Shown here: one piece after another, positions 47,401 through 59,382 of the stretch
How the letters are laid out: each line of letters begins with the position of its first letter
Numbering within the stretch: the first letter of the stretch is position 1
From: Hyphochytrium catenoides
Lineage: Eukaryota; Protista; Hyphochytriomycota
Direction: 5' to 3'
Assembly: GCA_900088475.1 (NCBI GenBank)
Contig: FLMG01000094.1
Coordinates: forward strand, 1 to 61,530
Length of the DNA: 61,530 nucleotides
The notes under the pieces: model-generated
Told to the model about the DNA's origin: nothing
What the model saw: the letters and a program-made list of their open reading frames with translations, nothing else
The model's database searches: none
Position numbers and translations under genes: made by a program

Positions 47401-50400
47401 CCCTCAGAGACAGGCCAAAGGCCAATTAGATGGGACAGAGTTCTGCTGTCTGCATGGCTCCTGCCCGTAAGAATCAGCCTTCTGTACATGTTTTCGTCCA
47501 AGTCAGACGGAGAGAGGGATTGATCCCAAAGCCGTATCTCAGAGAGGAACCCAGTAAAGCCATGAACAGCTGGCTTAGAGGGCTGATTGGGCGCAAAGCT
47601 ACCACCGAATCGACTTTGTCGAAGATGAATAATAGGCGTTGTGGACTTGAAGGAAACACTTTCTCTCGCGTGACGAGAAGGACAGAGATGGTCTGTCACA
47701 TAGAGCGTTGCAGACTTTAGTGTCGCTGAATACGACACAGCAAGATGCGCCCACTGATGAGGAAGAAGAGAGAGATTGAATCGCGTGTGATGGGGCTCGT
47801 TTCCCTTGATAGACAGCTGGACTTGACCGTCGACGAGGAAGAGAGAGACACTGCCAAGCCCATTCTCCCTCTCAGTTCTGATGGCCTGAGTACCTGTTAC
47901 GGACTCGGGACAGAGCCACATCTCCATGGTAAACTCTGTCAACTCTCCTATTTGTCCGATCTCCATGTAGCTATTCTGAGTGGCATCTAGATATAGAGAG
48001 TGACTCTTTCCCTGGGGGTGGTGCAAGGGGGATGCAGCAACCGAAGGGCTAGAGAGCAGTTGTCTCCCTTGCATGCTCTTCCTGAACTGTCCGTAGAGTA
48101 CGACCAGAGCGGATGCGGTAAGGCTCGAAAGCACTTGCCTCCCTCGCCCCTGAAGGCCATGGGCTTGGTACCAAGACCGGGGTAAAGCCTTCTGAGGAGC
48201 ACACAGCATGTGCCGAAGGAGTTCTGCAGAATGCACGAGAAGCGACAGTGCCATTAAATGATGAGCTTATAGAACAGACAGACCAAAGATACAAAGACAA
48301 CAAGACAACTTTGAAAGAAGCGTCATCGTTCATCTCGATGATTAATCGCTACCTACCTCTCTTGGGGAAGCTGCCAGCCTTCACATTTGCCGCTATGTAG
48401 TCTTCAACGTATGGCTGCCACTGCGATGCAAGTTCGTACCGCTCTGAATCTGAAATCCTCACTTTCAAAACAGAAGCGGGGCTTGCTGTCCCTTCTGCTC
48501 GTGGTAGGAAAGAGGTTGGTGGCTCCAAGGCGGGTCTCCGAGGCAGACTGATAACCGACAGAGGAGCCCTAGATAGCCGAGGCGCCTTCCTAGGCAGTCT
48601 TAGCTCAGACAAGGGCGATACAGAGCCTTCTTTGGGTTCCTGAGCTTCAACCTCAGTTCCTCCCATCAACGCGTCAATTGACGCAATCACTTGAGTCGCC
48701 TCTGCGGAGAGAGAAGAGAGGGAGATGAGGCTCTGGAGAGAGGGAAGGATTCCTGATCTTAGGATGAATTCGTGGTCTTGAGCTTCGAAATCCAAAGCCC
48801 AGGCACAAAGAAGAGCTCGCGTGAGTCCGGAGTCCAACACAGTCTCGGAGCGTTGAATCATTTCGGCCAAATCGCCATAAAGGGCGGTGAAGGACTTACG
48901 GACCGCGTAAAGAAGGTGTTTGGGGCACCCTTCCAGATGCTTGAGATGATGGTGACGGAGTGTTGGTCGGAAGCCCCCTGCAACATGCACTCCTCCCTCA
49001 CCTTCTCTTGCTTCTTTCTCCCCTTCTGTGAAGCCCCTAAGAGCTGGTCGGAGGAAAAGGAGCGTGTCATGCTTGGCCGAGTCGAAGGAAATGGAGGAAA
49101 GAAGAGCCTGCATGGCATAGAAACCATAAATCCTGCTCTCCGCCCTCCTCCGTCTCCTCTCCATCAGTTTTCTCAGAATATGCGGAGGAGCTCCCGCTCC
49201 GTTCTTGATATACAAGCCGCATGCCTTGACGACCGCAAGCCAGCCTTCTTCTTCCCCAGACGGTGTCTCCCTTTCCTGTGCCGCTTCCACAGCCTTAACG
49301 CTCTGCAGATCAGAGTTGCTATTGTTCCTCCACAGGTGTTGGGCACGTAAGACGCCTATAACACCTTGCCAGCGGGAAGAATCTTCCTCAGACACCGTCT
49401 GCCACCTTTCTTGCATTGGCTGAAGCATGTTTGGGCCTTGGCTTTGGTCAGCCCAAAGACGAGCCATCTGAGAGAGAAGAAGGGATGATTTTCTCATGTC
49501 GCTGGTAGGAGGCGCGAGGGTGCAGATAAACTTTGCCCTAGCGAATAAGTGGTCCTCCAGCTCCTGGAAGGAGGCAGGGAGCTGCAAATGCTTGAAAGAT
49601 GGAGGCGAATCTTCCTCTTTGCCACCATCCAGGGAGAAAGACGCAGCATCTCCATCCAACGCATAAGCAGACGAGGAGCCGGTGAAGACGGGGCTTGAGG
49701 TGAGAATGACACGAAGTGGATCCTCCTTTTCTTTCTCGTCGGCAGTCTCACCGCTTTTCGTCTCTTCCTCTCCTCCTTTGGTCTCCTCGCCGCCTTGGTC
49801 TTCCCCGTCATTGGCCGTCTTACTTTCCTCTCCTCCTTCTCCTTGCTCTTTTGCCCTAAAGCCTTGACGGCACTTTATTAGCCAGTGACGAACTTCCAAC
49901 ACAGCGTTCCAAACAGAAAGAACGGCAGATGAGTGGGCAGGATCTATCTCGGTCTCGTCTGCCGTTTCGGCGTGTGTCATCAAGTAGAGGGAAAGCTCCT
50001 CTGGCAGGTAGCGTGCCAGGGCGGCCAGGTAGATTCTCTCAGAGCGTGGAAAAGCACCCAGCAGCCTTAACACAGATCTATCTGGCCATTGACCTGACAT
50101 CCACGATATCAATACAGCAGCGGGACCGCTATCCGATAAATCTTCAGATAGTGAAGACAAAAAGCGCTGGAGTTCCTTGGACATCGACGAGTCTCTCTCC
50201 TTATTTCTCTCTCCTCTCTCCTCTTCTTCCTTAAAGGACGCCCCGCTGACCATAGACAGAGTCAAAGAAGAGCCACCGAGAGTGGACAGACCACTCTTGC
50301 TAGATATCCTATCCAGCACAGGCTTGACTCTCTGTTTCTCTTCATTGTACTTTCTGACCCATTCCGAGGATAGTTGGCGCCCTTCCTCTGCATGCGCCTT

Positions 50401-53400
50401 CATACCTCCCGAAAGGAGAGATGACTGCAACCAGGGGGCCAGCTCTTCCTCATCATCGTCTGCGGGTGTTCCAGCGATCATAGTAGCAGCAAGTCTTCCT
50501 CCAAGTGAAGCCAAGGTCTTCTCGAGGTCTAGCAGCCAGTGCAAGTCCATGGTACTCCCTGCGAAGCCGCCGGGTCTTACTCGAACGGCATCGTTCTCAG
50601 AGAGGAGAGAGAAGCCTGGATGGATTGCACCAGGGAGCCAGTGGTTTAGAGCCGGTATTCGTCCATCTGGAAGAAAAGAAGATGCGCTGATTGCCACCCC
50701 AAGATCTGATCCATTGTAGGAGAAGGAGAGAGATGACCGATCCAGATCTAGGGTCATTCCTATCACTGCTCCGGTCGCAAGGTCAGGTATAGCCTTATAT
50801 TGAGAGGCATAAGGCCGCCCATTCCATAGCAAAGTGCCTGTCTCTACTACCCAGCCTAGGGAGTGCACAGAATCGCCGAGACGATAGCGGCCACTGGAGC
50901 AAGTGGTCCCGTACTGGCTAAGGACCCCCAGCACTAGGTGCCCTGCGGCGTTGCGAATGATCTGAAACTCCAGATCGTGGACCCCAGAGGCGAACGAGTT
51001 CTTTGTGATAGCTGTGGCCCAGACCTGGCAGAATAAAGCAGCTTAGCTCTAATATAATTAGAGTAAGCGGCGTGTAAGGAGGACGCTTGGGGTCAAAGGA
51101 CAAGAAAGGAGAAAGGGATCACGTAGAATCTCAAAGTAAGAAAAAACGGACGCAGGCAAAGAATGTCAGCGCAAATAAGGTGGCCCGACTCTAGCAGAGC
51201 TTAACCTGCGCGGGCTGGATGCCGCCACTAACCTGTGAGCTGCCGTTGACGGTAGCGCAGGAACCTTCATGAGAAAGAGCAACGTTTGGGCTTTTCCATT
51301 CCTCAGAGAGTCTGAGATCGGGGACGCCATATGAAGGGGCGGAGGTAGAGGGAAGAAGGCTCGCACCCTCACTATCGACATAGAACGTTGGAACGCCGTA
51401 GGGAGCCTTGTGCAGGTTCTGGTTGTTTGGATAAGATGTGGATCCTCCTGAGATGTAGCAGTCTCGAAGTATGCTAATCAGTTCTTTATCGTACTCTTCG
51501 TCCGGACGGTCTTCCTTTTTGTACCAAGGGTCGCCCGACTGGGAGTACTCGTGTGATGTGAGGCTGGAGCGGAGTTGTGTCGTGAGAAGATCAGGATCAC
51601 AGCCATAGACTTCTACTTGTCAGTAGCACTTACCGGTATCTCTTGCCCGCAATGATCTGCACGGGCTTAGTGAGGCGACAGTAGGCGTATCCAAGGTGAT
51701 CCTTCTTGCTATGCCCACTGACTGCCGTCTCTGCTATAAGACTTTGTGTCTGTTCATCCCAGAGCCGGATCTTATGGGATTTTAGCAGTACGCCGTTATT
51801 ATACCTACCAGGACGAAAAGCAGGAACCGTGAGTAAGGTGGGGACAAGAGAGGCCCAGCAACGTAGTGAAGAGAAAGGGGAAAAAGGAGGAGGCCATCAG
51901 CGCGAATATAACTCATCTAGGCATATAATAGCCCCAGGATAAAAGCAAGAAAACACAAGCCCGCCATGAACGTAGAAGAGGGCGGTCTATAAAGGAACAG
52001 GTGCGAGAGAGATGGGGTTATGTTCGCTATGAATGCTGTTCGGCAGAAAGACACAAAGCCTTCACATTCGTTCTCGTGAGCCGCATTCGCCCAGCTTGCC
52101 GAATTACTTACTGAGGATTGACTGATCTTCCAAGGCCCGAGATACTGAAGGAAGAGTTGGCCTCAAACTGGAAGCCAATTTGACCGTCAAAGTGGTCTTT
52201 GTCCCCAGTGTAGAGCCGGCGGAAGACATTCTGAACCTTCCGCTGCTCGCTCGAACCTTCAACTTCCACACACTCAGCAGAAGCCTCAAACTTGCAGAGA
52301 CGAGTCTCCGTCGCACGAACCTGCGATACAAATAAAGGTTAACCTCTCCTTTTTGGCGTTGAATGTCTCTCTCAGTCCTTTTATTTCATACACCTGCCGC
52401 TAACTTGTTCAAGACCTATCGCCATGGTCGGTGTGAACTCCAATCATCCCGTACACACATTCGTCTATCTTTTAAAAAGTTACATAACTTGCCCATTATC
52501 GCACTGCTGCTCGTAACTTAAGACTGCCGCTTGTGGAGATGTGAGGTTCCCTTCAGCAGCACTCGACCGCCTGGCGTCTCACTTACCTCAGCAAGCTGGC
52601 AGTTCAGAGTGTCTAGGCTTTCGACTAATCCGATGACAGCTGGAAGAATGGGCTGGGCCAGCCAGGGTTGGCGACGGAGTAGACAAAGCGCAGCGGAAAG
52701 GGGAGGAACAAGTGCGCCGACGAACGAAAACTTCAGGGTGCTTTCTACTTTCCTCTTCCTTTCTTCCTCTCCTGCACCAGGACCCACGACCATGTTCACA
52801 GAAGTTAATACTGCCCTGCAGTGCCGGGTCAGGAGGAGTGAGTAAGAAACGACGGACTGTTGAACTTGAATCTTCTTCGCCAGCAACTCTGGCTCCAAAT
52901 GCCGCAACCTTCCGGTCAACTCTAAAGCCTCAGCAAGGAGATGCTCCTGGTAAGAGCTGAGCAGGGCACAAGCAGCATCCAGAACCTTGTTATCTTCTGG
53001 TATGTCTTGTCGCCCCACTTCATTCTGGCTTCCCTGAGTGATTTTTTGATGACACCGAGTGGCTACAAGCTCCACTAAGGTGCTAATCATCCTGTCTACC
53101 TCCCGGTATTGCTCTCTTTCCTGATCAGCCGACAGAGACCCCGTCGCGTCTAGGGCAGACGCTGGCAGAAGCGATACGACGCCGCAGTTTCTCGAAGAGG
53201 AGAAATCCAATAGAAGGTTCCAAAGAAGAGAAAATGGCACTGAGGTCGGCGGGCAGCGGGATCGGAGGTACAAGTCGAGCAGTGACATCAAGAGACGAAC
53301 GCGGTCCAGCGCTAAGGGATAGAGCACTAAAAGGCCGCTCCGCAGAGCCTGAGCTGCTGTGTCACTAACCTCTCTGGATACGCTTATGCCATCAATGACA

Positions 53401-56400
53401 TGGATACCTACAAGTCCTTCCAACAAATGCCGCAGAGGAAAGAGATTGCCACAACCTATCTCCTTGGTATCTGTGGCCGTCAGAGGGCTCTTTACCCCTG
53501 GAAAGAAGTCCTGAGAATCCTTGAGCACCTCCAAGCCCACCGCCTTAGGGTTAACCTTGGCATCTACAAGTCGGCAGAGGTTACTCTTAAGCAAGTGGAG
53601 AATATAGACAACCATTTCCTCCTTCTTCTTCTCCTCGTCCCCACTAGCTGGAGCAGAGGGCTCGTCGGGAATATTCGTAAGATTTCCTAGCAGAGAATAG
53701 AGAGAGTGGATGCTCCACTTGTTTGGCTGTATGCAGTAGGCTTCATCTATGGCCTTCAAGCCTCGCCGGTAAGGGCAGAGATCTGCCAGAGAGGCCAGGT
53801 TCTTCAGAGTCTCCACTGTGAAAAGAGGAGAGTTTTAGGGAGTAAATTAGACTCAGAGAGCTGGATAAAGAGCAGAGATGATACACTTCGTAGCTAGTGC
53901 AGAGGAAACAAGGGGTAAATAAGGGCGAGACAAACTGTGGGCCCAAAAAGGCGACATACTGGGCGCTAAGCACTTGGAGATGAATGGAATTTGCTGCCAC
54001 CGTGGACTGGTAGAGAGACATCGTTGTCCGATAGCAAAAGAGCGATAGATTAGTGGCAGTACCGGCAAGGCTTAAGCCATCCAAATCTTTCTGGTACTTC
54101 GCCGGAGTAGCAGGCTTCTCGATAGCAGACACCAGATCGTCATCGTGCTCCTTATCCCCATCCAGGATACCAGGATCAAGACCTGTGGATGCTACCGCCT
54201 CTTTCCTCTTCCCATCACCGCAGGAAGCGCAGGACGTCAAGGCCCCTGCATTCTTAAACTTACAGAGGTTACAAGTCCAGTCTATATGGGGAAGGACGAA
54301 TGGATCCACATAGACAGCGTGAGCCTGTCAAGGACGGAGAGAAGAGACGTAAGAAAAGACAAAGAGTGAAGTTGATGACTAAAGGCCACTCGTTCCGCGG
54401 CAGGTGAAAGACTGAAGAAAACACACTCAAAATCATTCTTGCTGACTCTTGCTTGGGCCTCCTTCTGCTCTTCTTGTTCTCCTAATTAACTCAGTCGGCT
54501 TCATCTTACCTTCACGTTTGAGCCAGGGCAGGTTGCTCTTAGTTCTAACGTCATAACATCGCTGACATCAACGTTGAACTCCAAAACTTCCCCTGGCTGT
54601 GACAGGGCGGAGGACGATCTCCATATCTCCACGTCATCTCCTAGAACAGAAAAAGAGACGGAGGTGCCGTTCTCTCGCATGCTCTCTCGTGGAACATCGT
54701 CATTGATTGCCACTGCTCCCTCTAGGGTCCTGTAGCGTCTGGAAAGGTCGTAACTAACGAACGCAGTCCCTTCTCGGGGAGGATGGAGAGAAAGAGCCTG
54801 ACTTCTTCTCTTTCCTGCTATCTTGACTCTCGCCTCACCTCCATCCTCCGGATCATAGCCCAGAACACCTCGGCGGCCAAACGAGCCATGTCCTACGTAA
54901 GACTCCCACTCTTGCTGTGACGATAGATAGACAGGTGTTGCCTGGATCGCAGCTCGGTCTAGCCCGGATGAGGATTCAACTTTCTGCAAAGTGATGACCT
55001 GCAGAAAAATTGCACAGGGTAAGAGAATGGGTGAGGTTATGCGTCATATCTATCTCCTGGCTCCCAGCGGGTTACGGGCCGACAGACCTTGCCAGTTCCA
55101 TAGAAAGAGACAGCAGGATAGACTTCAAACCCTGCAAGGTCGTTAAAGGCAATTCCCTGCGGTTGAAGAAGAGATGGCATCAATAGGGTGAGATTAGTTC
55201 CTGCAAAGCCAGAATTACATCATCATCAACACTGAGAGAGCGGTGAGGGATCCCTGTAAGCTACTGATCCGCAGTCAATGGAGACTGCTCTGGAACAGAG
55301 CACCTGCTAGTTGCAGATAGGCAGCGTGCAGCGATTCAGGGGGCTTCTACCTGGTCTTCTCCGTTGACTGCATAAGACAGTGTTCCTTCGTCCATATCTA
55401 CCTCCACCCGTACCACGTCTCCAGGATGAACCCTACTCATGCTAAGATTCACCCTTAAGCCCCGCGCGTAGAGACAACCATTGTATCCTCTCAGCATCCA
55501 AAGAGACGATGAAGTGTCATAGGCTGAAGAAGAGACAGGAAGGATCGCAGCTCCGAAGCAAGTCATCTCATCGTCGGGAGTGTCCTCATCTAGGCGAAAC
55601 TCCCAGCAAGCACGGCCTACAGAGCGACCCAGTCGTCATATAATGGCCATAGTCATTTTGAGATTAGCAGTAAGCAGAGCCTGTCAAGCAGTCAAAGAGA
55701 TAGCAATGGAGATCCTTACCTGATGCAAAGCCAACATTGACAATGGCGTGTTGGGCGCTGCCCTCGCGTGTCCGAACCGTCATCGTGCCTTCCTCCACCG
55801 TGACCCCTGACGAGCAGAGGGAGGGATCAAAGCCTGCCTTTATCACCCGTGAAGGAGAATTGTGCTTGGTCCTCTTCTGCTTCTCTAATTCCCTCTCTCT
55901 CTCCTTGATGCGAGAGCGTAAAATAGATAAGATGGAGGATGGATAGGTCGTCTTCTCATCTGATGGACTATTTTTGCTGACGGTCGGCAGCAACATGCAC
56001 TGGTTTTGGCATAGCAAATGACACATGAGCACAAAGTTAACGCCACTGAACAAGAGATGTAAAATTAGAAACCAAATCCACAATGAAAGAGTCTGAACTC
56101 CTGGGGCAGCAAAGTAATCGTAAATGCATAAGTTAGGACACCAGGCGACTAGAGAGGTGGTAGACTAGACGATAAGCGCCACTGCTCAAGAGCAAAGCCC
56201 GACTAGACTTCTCTATCAAGTGATGAGGTAGCAATGTGAAAGGCGGTTGGCCTCAAGGACTTCTTCGTAATGGCCATGGACAGAGTAGACGTAAGAAGAG
56301 ACAACCAGCCAAGTTACAATGCGAAAGCTAAACAACGAGGGGCTTCTGACCTGGACATACTGCAGCACTGATGTCAACGCCCCTGTGGCAAGTGCCCATC

Positions 56401-58205
56401 GGGAAAGTCCTTCAAGTGCTTTCCTCTTCACTCCTTCTGCACCCTCCTTCCAAGCTCTGCAGAGCCAACCGTCAAACTGCACCATCGTGTCCACGGGATC
56501 CACGTAAACACCGCCTGCAGGAACAAAGATTTGCACTTCTTCTATACTGTATATTCCTTCCTTATTTGCCTGAGAGGGTGAGATTAAGCAGGCATTAAGG
56601 TAGTGATTGACGTTCGGCAGAAAGACAAGAGGAAGAGCCAACCAGAGGCCCATTACAAGAGACAGATGGAAGGCCAAGGGATGAGAGCATGCCCAGCTCA
56701 AAAGAGCGCAAAGACATGCTCCATCATATAGTCTTCAAGATGTGAAGTGGAAGAACCTCGTGGCTGTGAATCCACGCGCAGAGGAAAGAGGAGAAGGAGT
56801 AGACCCGCACTAGATGCGATTAGACCTGGTAAGCAGCAAGCCAAAAGTCCCGGTTGGGTCATGACACTATGCAGTCTTCTTTACCTTTGGGAGCCCTGAC
56901 ATCTCTAGACGAAGGGCGGAAGCTTTTACACTGCCTAAGCCCACTCTACCTGGTAGGTCTGGATAGGTATACAATGCTACCGTCCGGAAGAAGTCATAAC
57001 CTCCATTTTTGCCCGCCCTCGCCACCTGTATCTTGCAGCATTCAGGTACCTCCTTACCCCTCCATCTCACTGTCATGCTACTCAGCTCAACCTCCTCCTT
57101 ATTGTCAGTTAGCTGAACGGTCCAGGTGACGGTACCGGGCCTCGGGGCTGAGGACCAGTAGGATGCCATAGAGCGATCTATAGCCATCTCTGGGCTACGA
57201 GGTGTGGATCCGGTGGCCGAAGAGCTAGCGGTCACCAGTCCCGGAAGGAGCTTGAGCTTCGCCTCAGGCGCGTCACGAGGCGGGGCCCAATAGGGCATCA
57301 TGGAAAGTGGGCCCATGGAGTTGAGAATCTTCAGAAGTTCTTGAAAAGGTAGCGCAGCTTTCTCACCGCTAAAGTCAAAGCTTCCAATGAGGCTCTGTAG
57401 CATGCAGATTCCAAGCTGATGCAACTGCACATCAGGGGCTGGCCCTGCCGACGGCAGAGGTTGATAGAGACGCTGCGACTGAAGCCGTCTCTCTGCCAAA
57501 ATGGCGGCGCCGTTGATAATAGCAGCACAGCGTCTCTCGAGGGTGTTAGTGAAGGCAGAAGTTGGTAGAGATTCCACCAAGAGTTGCTCTAGAAGGCGAA
57601 CGATGGTCTTCTCTCTATTCTTCCCGTCCAGATAGCCCGCGTTCATGATCTTCTTTGATGTCTGGACATTGTGCTGAAGCTTTTGGATCTTCTGCTTGGT
57701 TAACCGGTGCTCGGTTGGTAGGTCACCATAATAATTGTCTCCACAAAGCAGGGAGGAGATGAACCTGAGCAGACAGAGCGAGGGTTAGTCAGAGAAAGTG
57801 GAGAAGAGAGGGCATTAGGAAGCAGGAATGGGCATAACCAAAGGTCACGATGGTCCTTTCTGCTTGCCTGTGCTCTTACCTATCATTTGCAATGTTATTA
57901 TACAGTTGCTCTAGAAAAGCTTCACTGCCAATGTAGTCATCCCAGCTGGAGAACTGTGTATACCGCAGCCAGGCGCTGCATGTTTCACAGCGGTTGCGCC
58001 TGCCGGTATGGAACTTTGCCAGTGGCCTCGCCATCCATGTCTGAACGTAGTGCAGCTCAGACGGAGCTTGTTGTGCCTGGCCAGGACGCGCCTGGGACTC
58101 ATTTTCTGGGCTCTCAGCTGGCGATGTCTGAGCTACAGCGTCATCCATAGCATTCCCTTGTGACTGCCGCCGTGAGAGAATTCTCGCAATTGTCGGTGCT
58201 GACAT
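38491..58205 (-). CDS. Giant HECT E3 ubiquitin ligase (about 25 exons, about 5,000 aa): F5/8-C, SPRY, NPCBM, RanBP2-type zinc finger, DUF4082-like, SPRY, LamG, 2xUBA, UIM, 2x CUB-like, HECT
   Basis: Exons were chained by hand through canonical GT-AG junctions with consistent phases, except across one gap at 42117-42171. HECT motifs are VKFRGEEGVDWGGVYRE, FVRFCWGRSRLP and LPVAHTCFFSLELP (catalytic Cys). The start ATG at 58205 is a best guess. Confidence 0.9.
42117..42171. other. Assembly gap within the HECT gene (covers a probable splice acceptor)
   Basis: 55 Ns. Confidence 0.99.
47320..48000 (-). other. LamG/ConA-like lectin domain of the HECT ligase
   Basis: FTMEMWLCP...WAHLAVSY...ATLYV...FTGFLSEIRLWDQSLS...LIGLWPVSEGQG. 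Confidence 0.8.
54300..54935 (-). other. NPCBM/NEW2 (CBM51-like) domain of the HECT ligase
   Basis: VYLS...VGHGSFG...ALSLHP...VSYDLSRRYRTLEGAVAINDD...SVSFSVLGDDVEIWRS...VDVSDVMTLEL...|AHAVYVDP. Confidence 0.8.
56530..57240 (-). other. F5/8 type C (discoidin/CBM32-like) domain of the HECT ligase
   Basis: VTASSS...PEMAIDRSMASYWSS...WTVQL...ALRLEM...|YSIEEVQIF. Confidence 0.7.
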
Positions 58206-59382
58206 CCTTGAATAGCCACGCGCGGAATCGGTCAATCTTAGTGTGCCTGTTTCTACTCTGCATTCTCTGAGGCGTCCATCATTTAACTGCAGCAGAGATC
58301 AGGAGCGCAGCCGTGCCTGAGTATTGAGAATCAGGCACCAGCTCCCTCCAGCCCGTCTGGCCTGCTCGCCCTGGACTGCCACCAAGATTACCCGGAGAAG
58401 CAGGAGAGACCGAATAATAGGCCAATACCTATCTGTTACCTTAATGCTCTTTCCACGCACGCCCCTTCAGCTCCCAAACAGTATAAGAAGTCCGGCTCTT
58501 GCGTTCTGCCAGGATCCAGCAGCGTTATCCTCATCTTCAATCTTCAATCTTCAGGCCCGCACCCCATCCGCTCTAATATTATGACGGTACAGGGACAACC
58601 TATAGAGACGATGAAGATTTCCTCCTGATCTCCCTTCGCAACAAAAAGTTATCAACATTTTCTTCAATGCGGAAATTCCTTAATATGACCGCTACATTTG
58701 GAATGAGGACAACGTTAATTCTTGATCATACTCGCTTGCCGCTTCAGATGCAGACGATCTTCAACTTCCTCAAAAAGTGCCGATGACACCGCAGACGCAG
58801 AGTGCAAATCCTCGATTTCTAGAACTTTCAGACTAAACTTATACGGATATACAGCAGCTAGCGCTGCCTGAGATGTGTGATAGGTCTCAGACTTTTGAGC
58901 GAAGGGTGCTGCTGACACTAGCTTTCGATTCTTCTCCCCATGTCGGGATGAAAATCTTCCTCCGGGCAATAATGGACATGCAGGTATTGTTCCGTGCAGC
59001 TTACGGATGGACATTACGGGAAGTCAGGTCATGGACACGTTTCGATCGATTTGCCCCCACTAAGCATTCTGCTCGTGCTTCAGATCATGGTGAAGGTCAG
59101 CTAAGAGGTAGTGCGATTGAAGGTTTAAAGCAGCTCCGTTCGCGTAGTCGGCTACCTCTGGGGCCGAACTGCCTCTCACTGTGGCCACTTTTTTTTGGGC
59201 CTCCGACTCTTTTGGCACCATGCCTCCAATATTTTCTGGCTGATCCTATTGTTATCACGCTTAAAGTACGTCTTCACACACTTGGCGCTGATGAATTCTC
59301 TAGGTCCCTGCAAAATATCCTTCCAACCAATAGCTGGTCGGACCTTACGGAGGTGGCAACCTCGTAGAACAAAACCTCAAAT

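Noticed and set aside
43128-58150. Plus-strand ORFs of 60-190 aa antisense to the HECT gene
   Set aside because: They are shadows of long coding exons and carry no recognisable motifs.
58253-58282. ATGATG upstream of the HECT gene as its start codon
   Set aside because: It closes with TAG after 9 codons, so it is at most a uORF. ATG 58205 was used instead.
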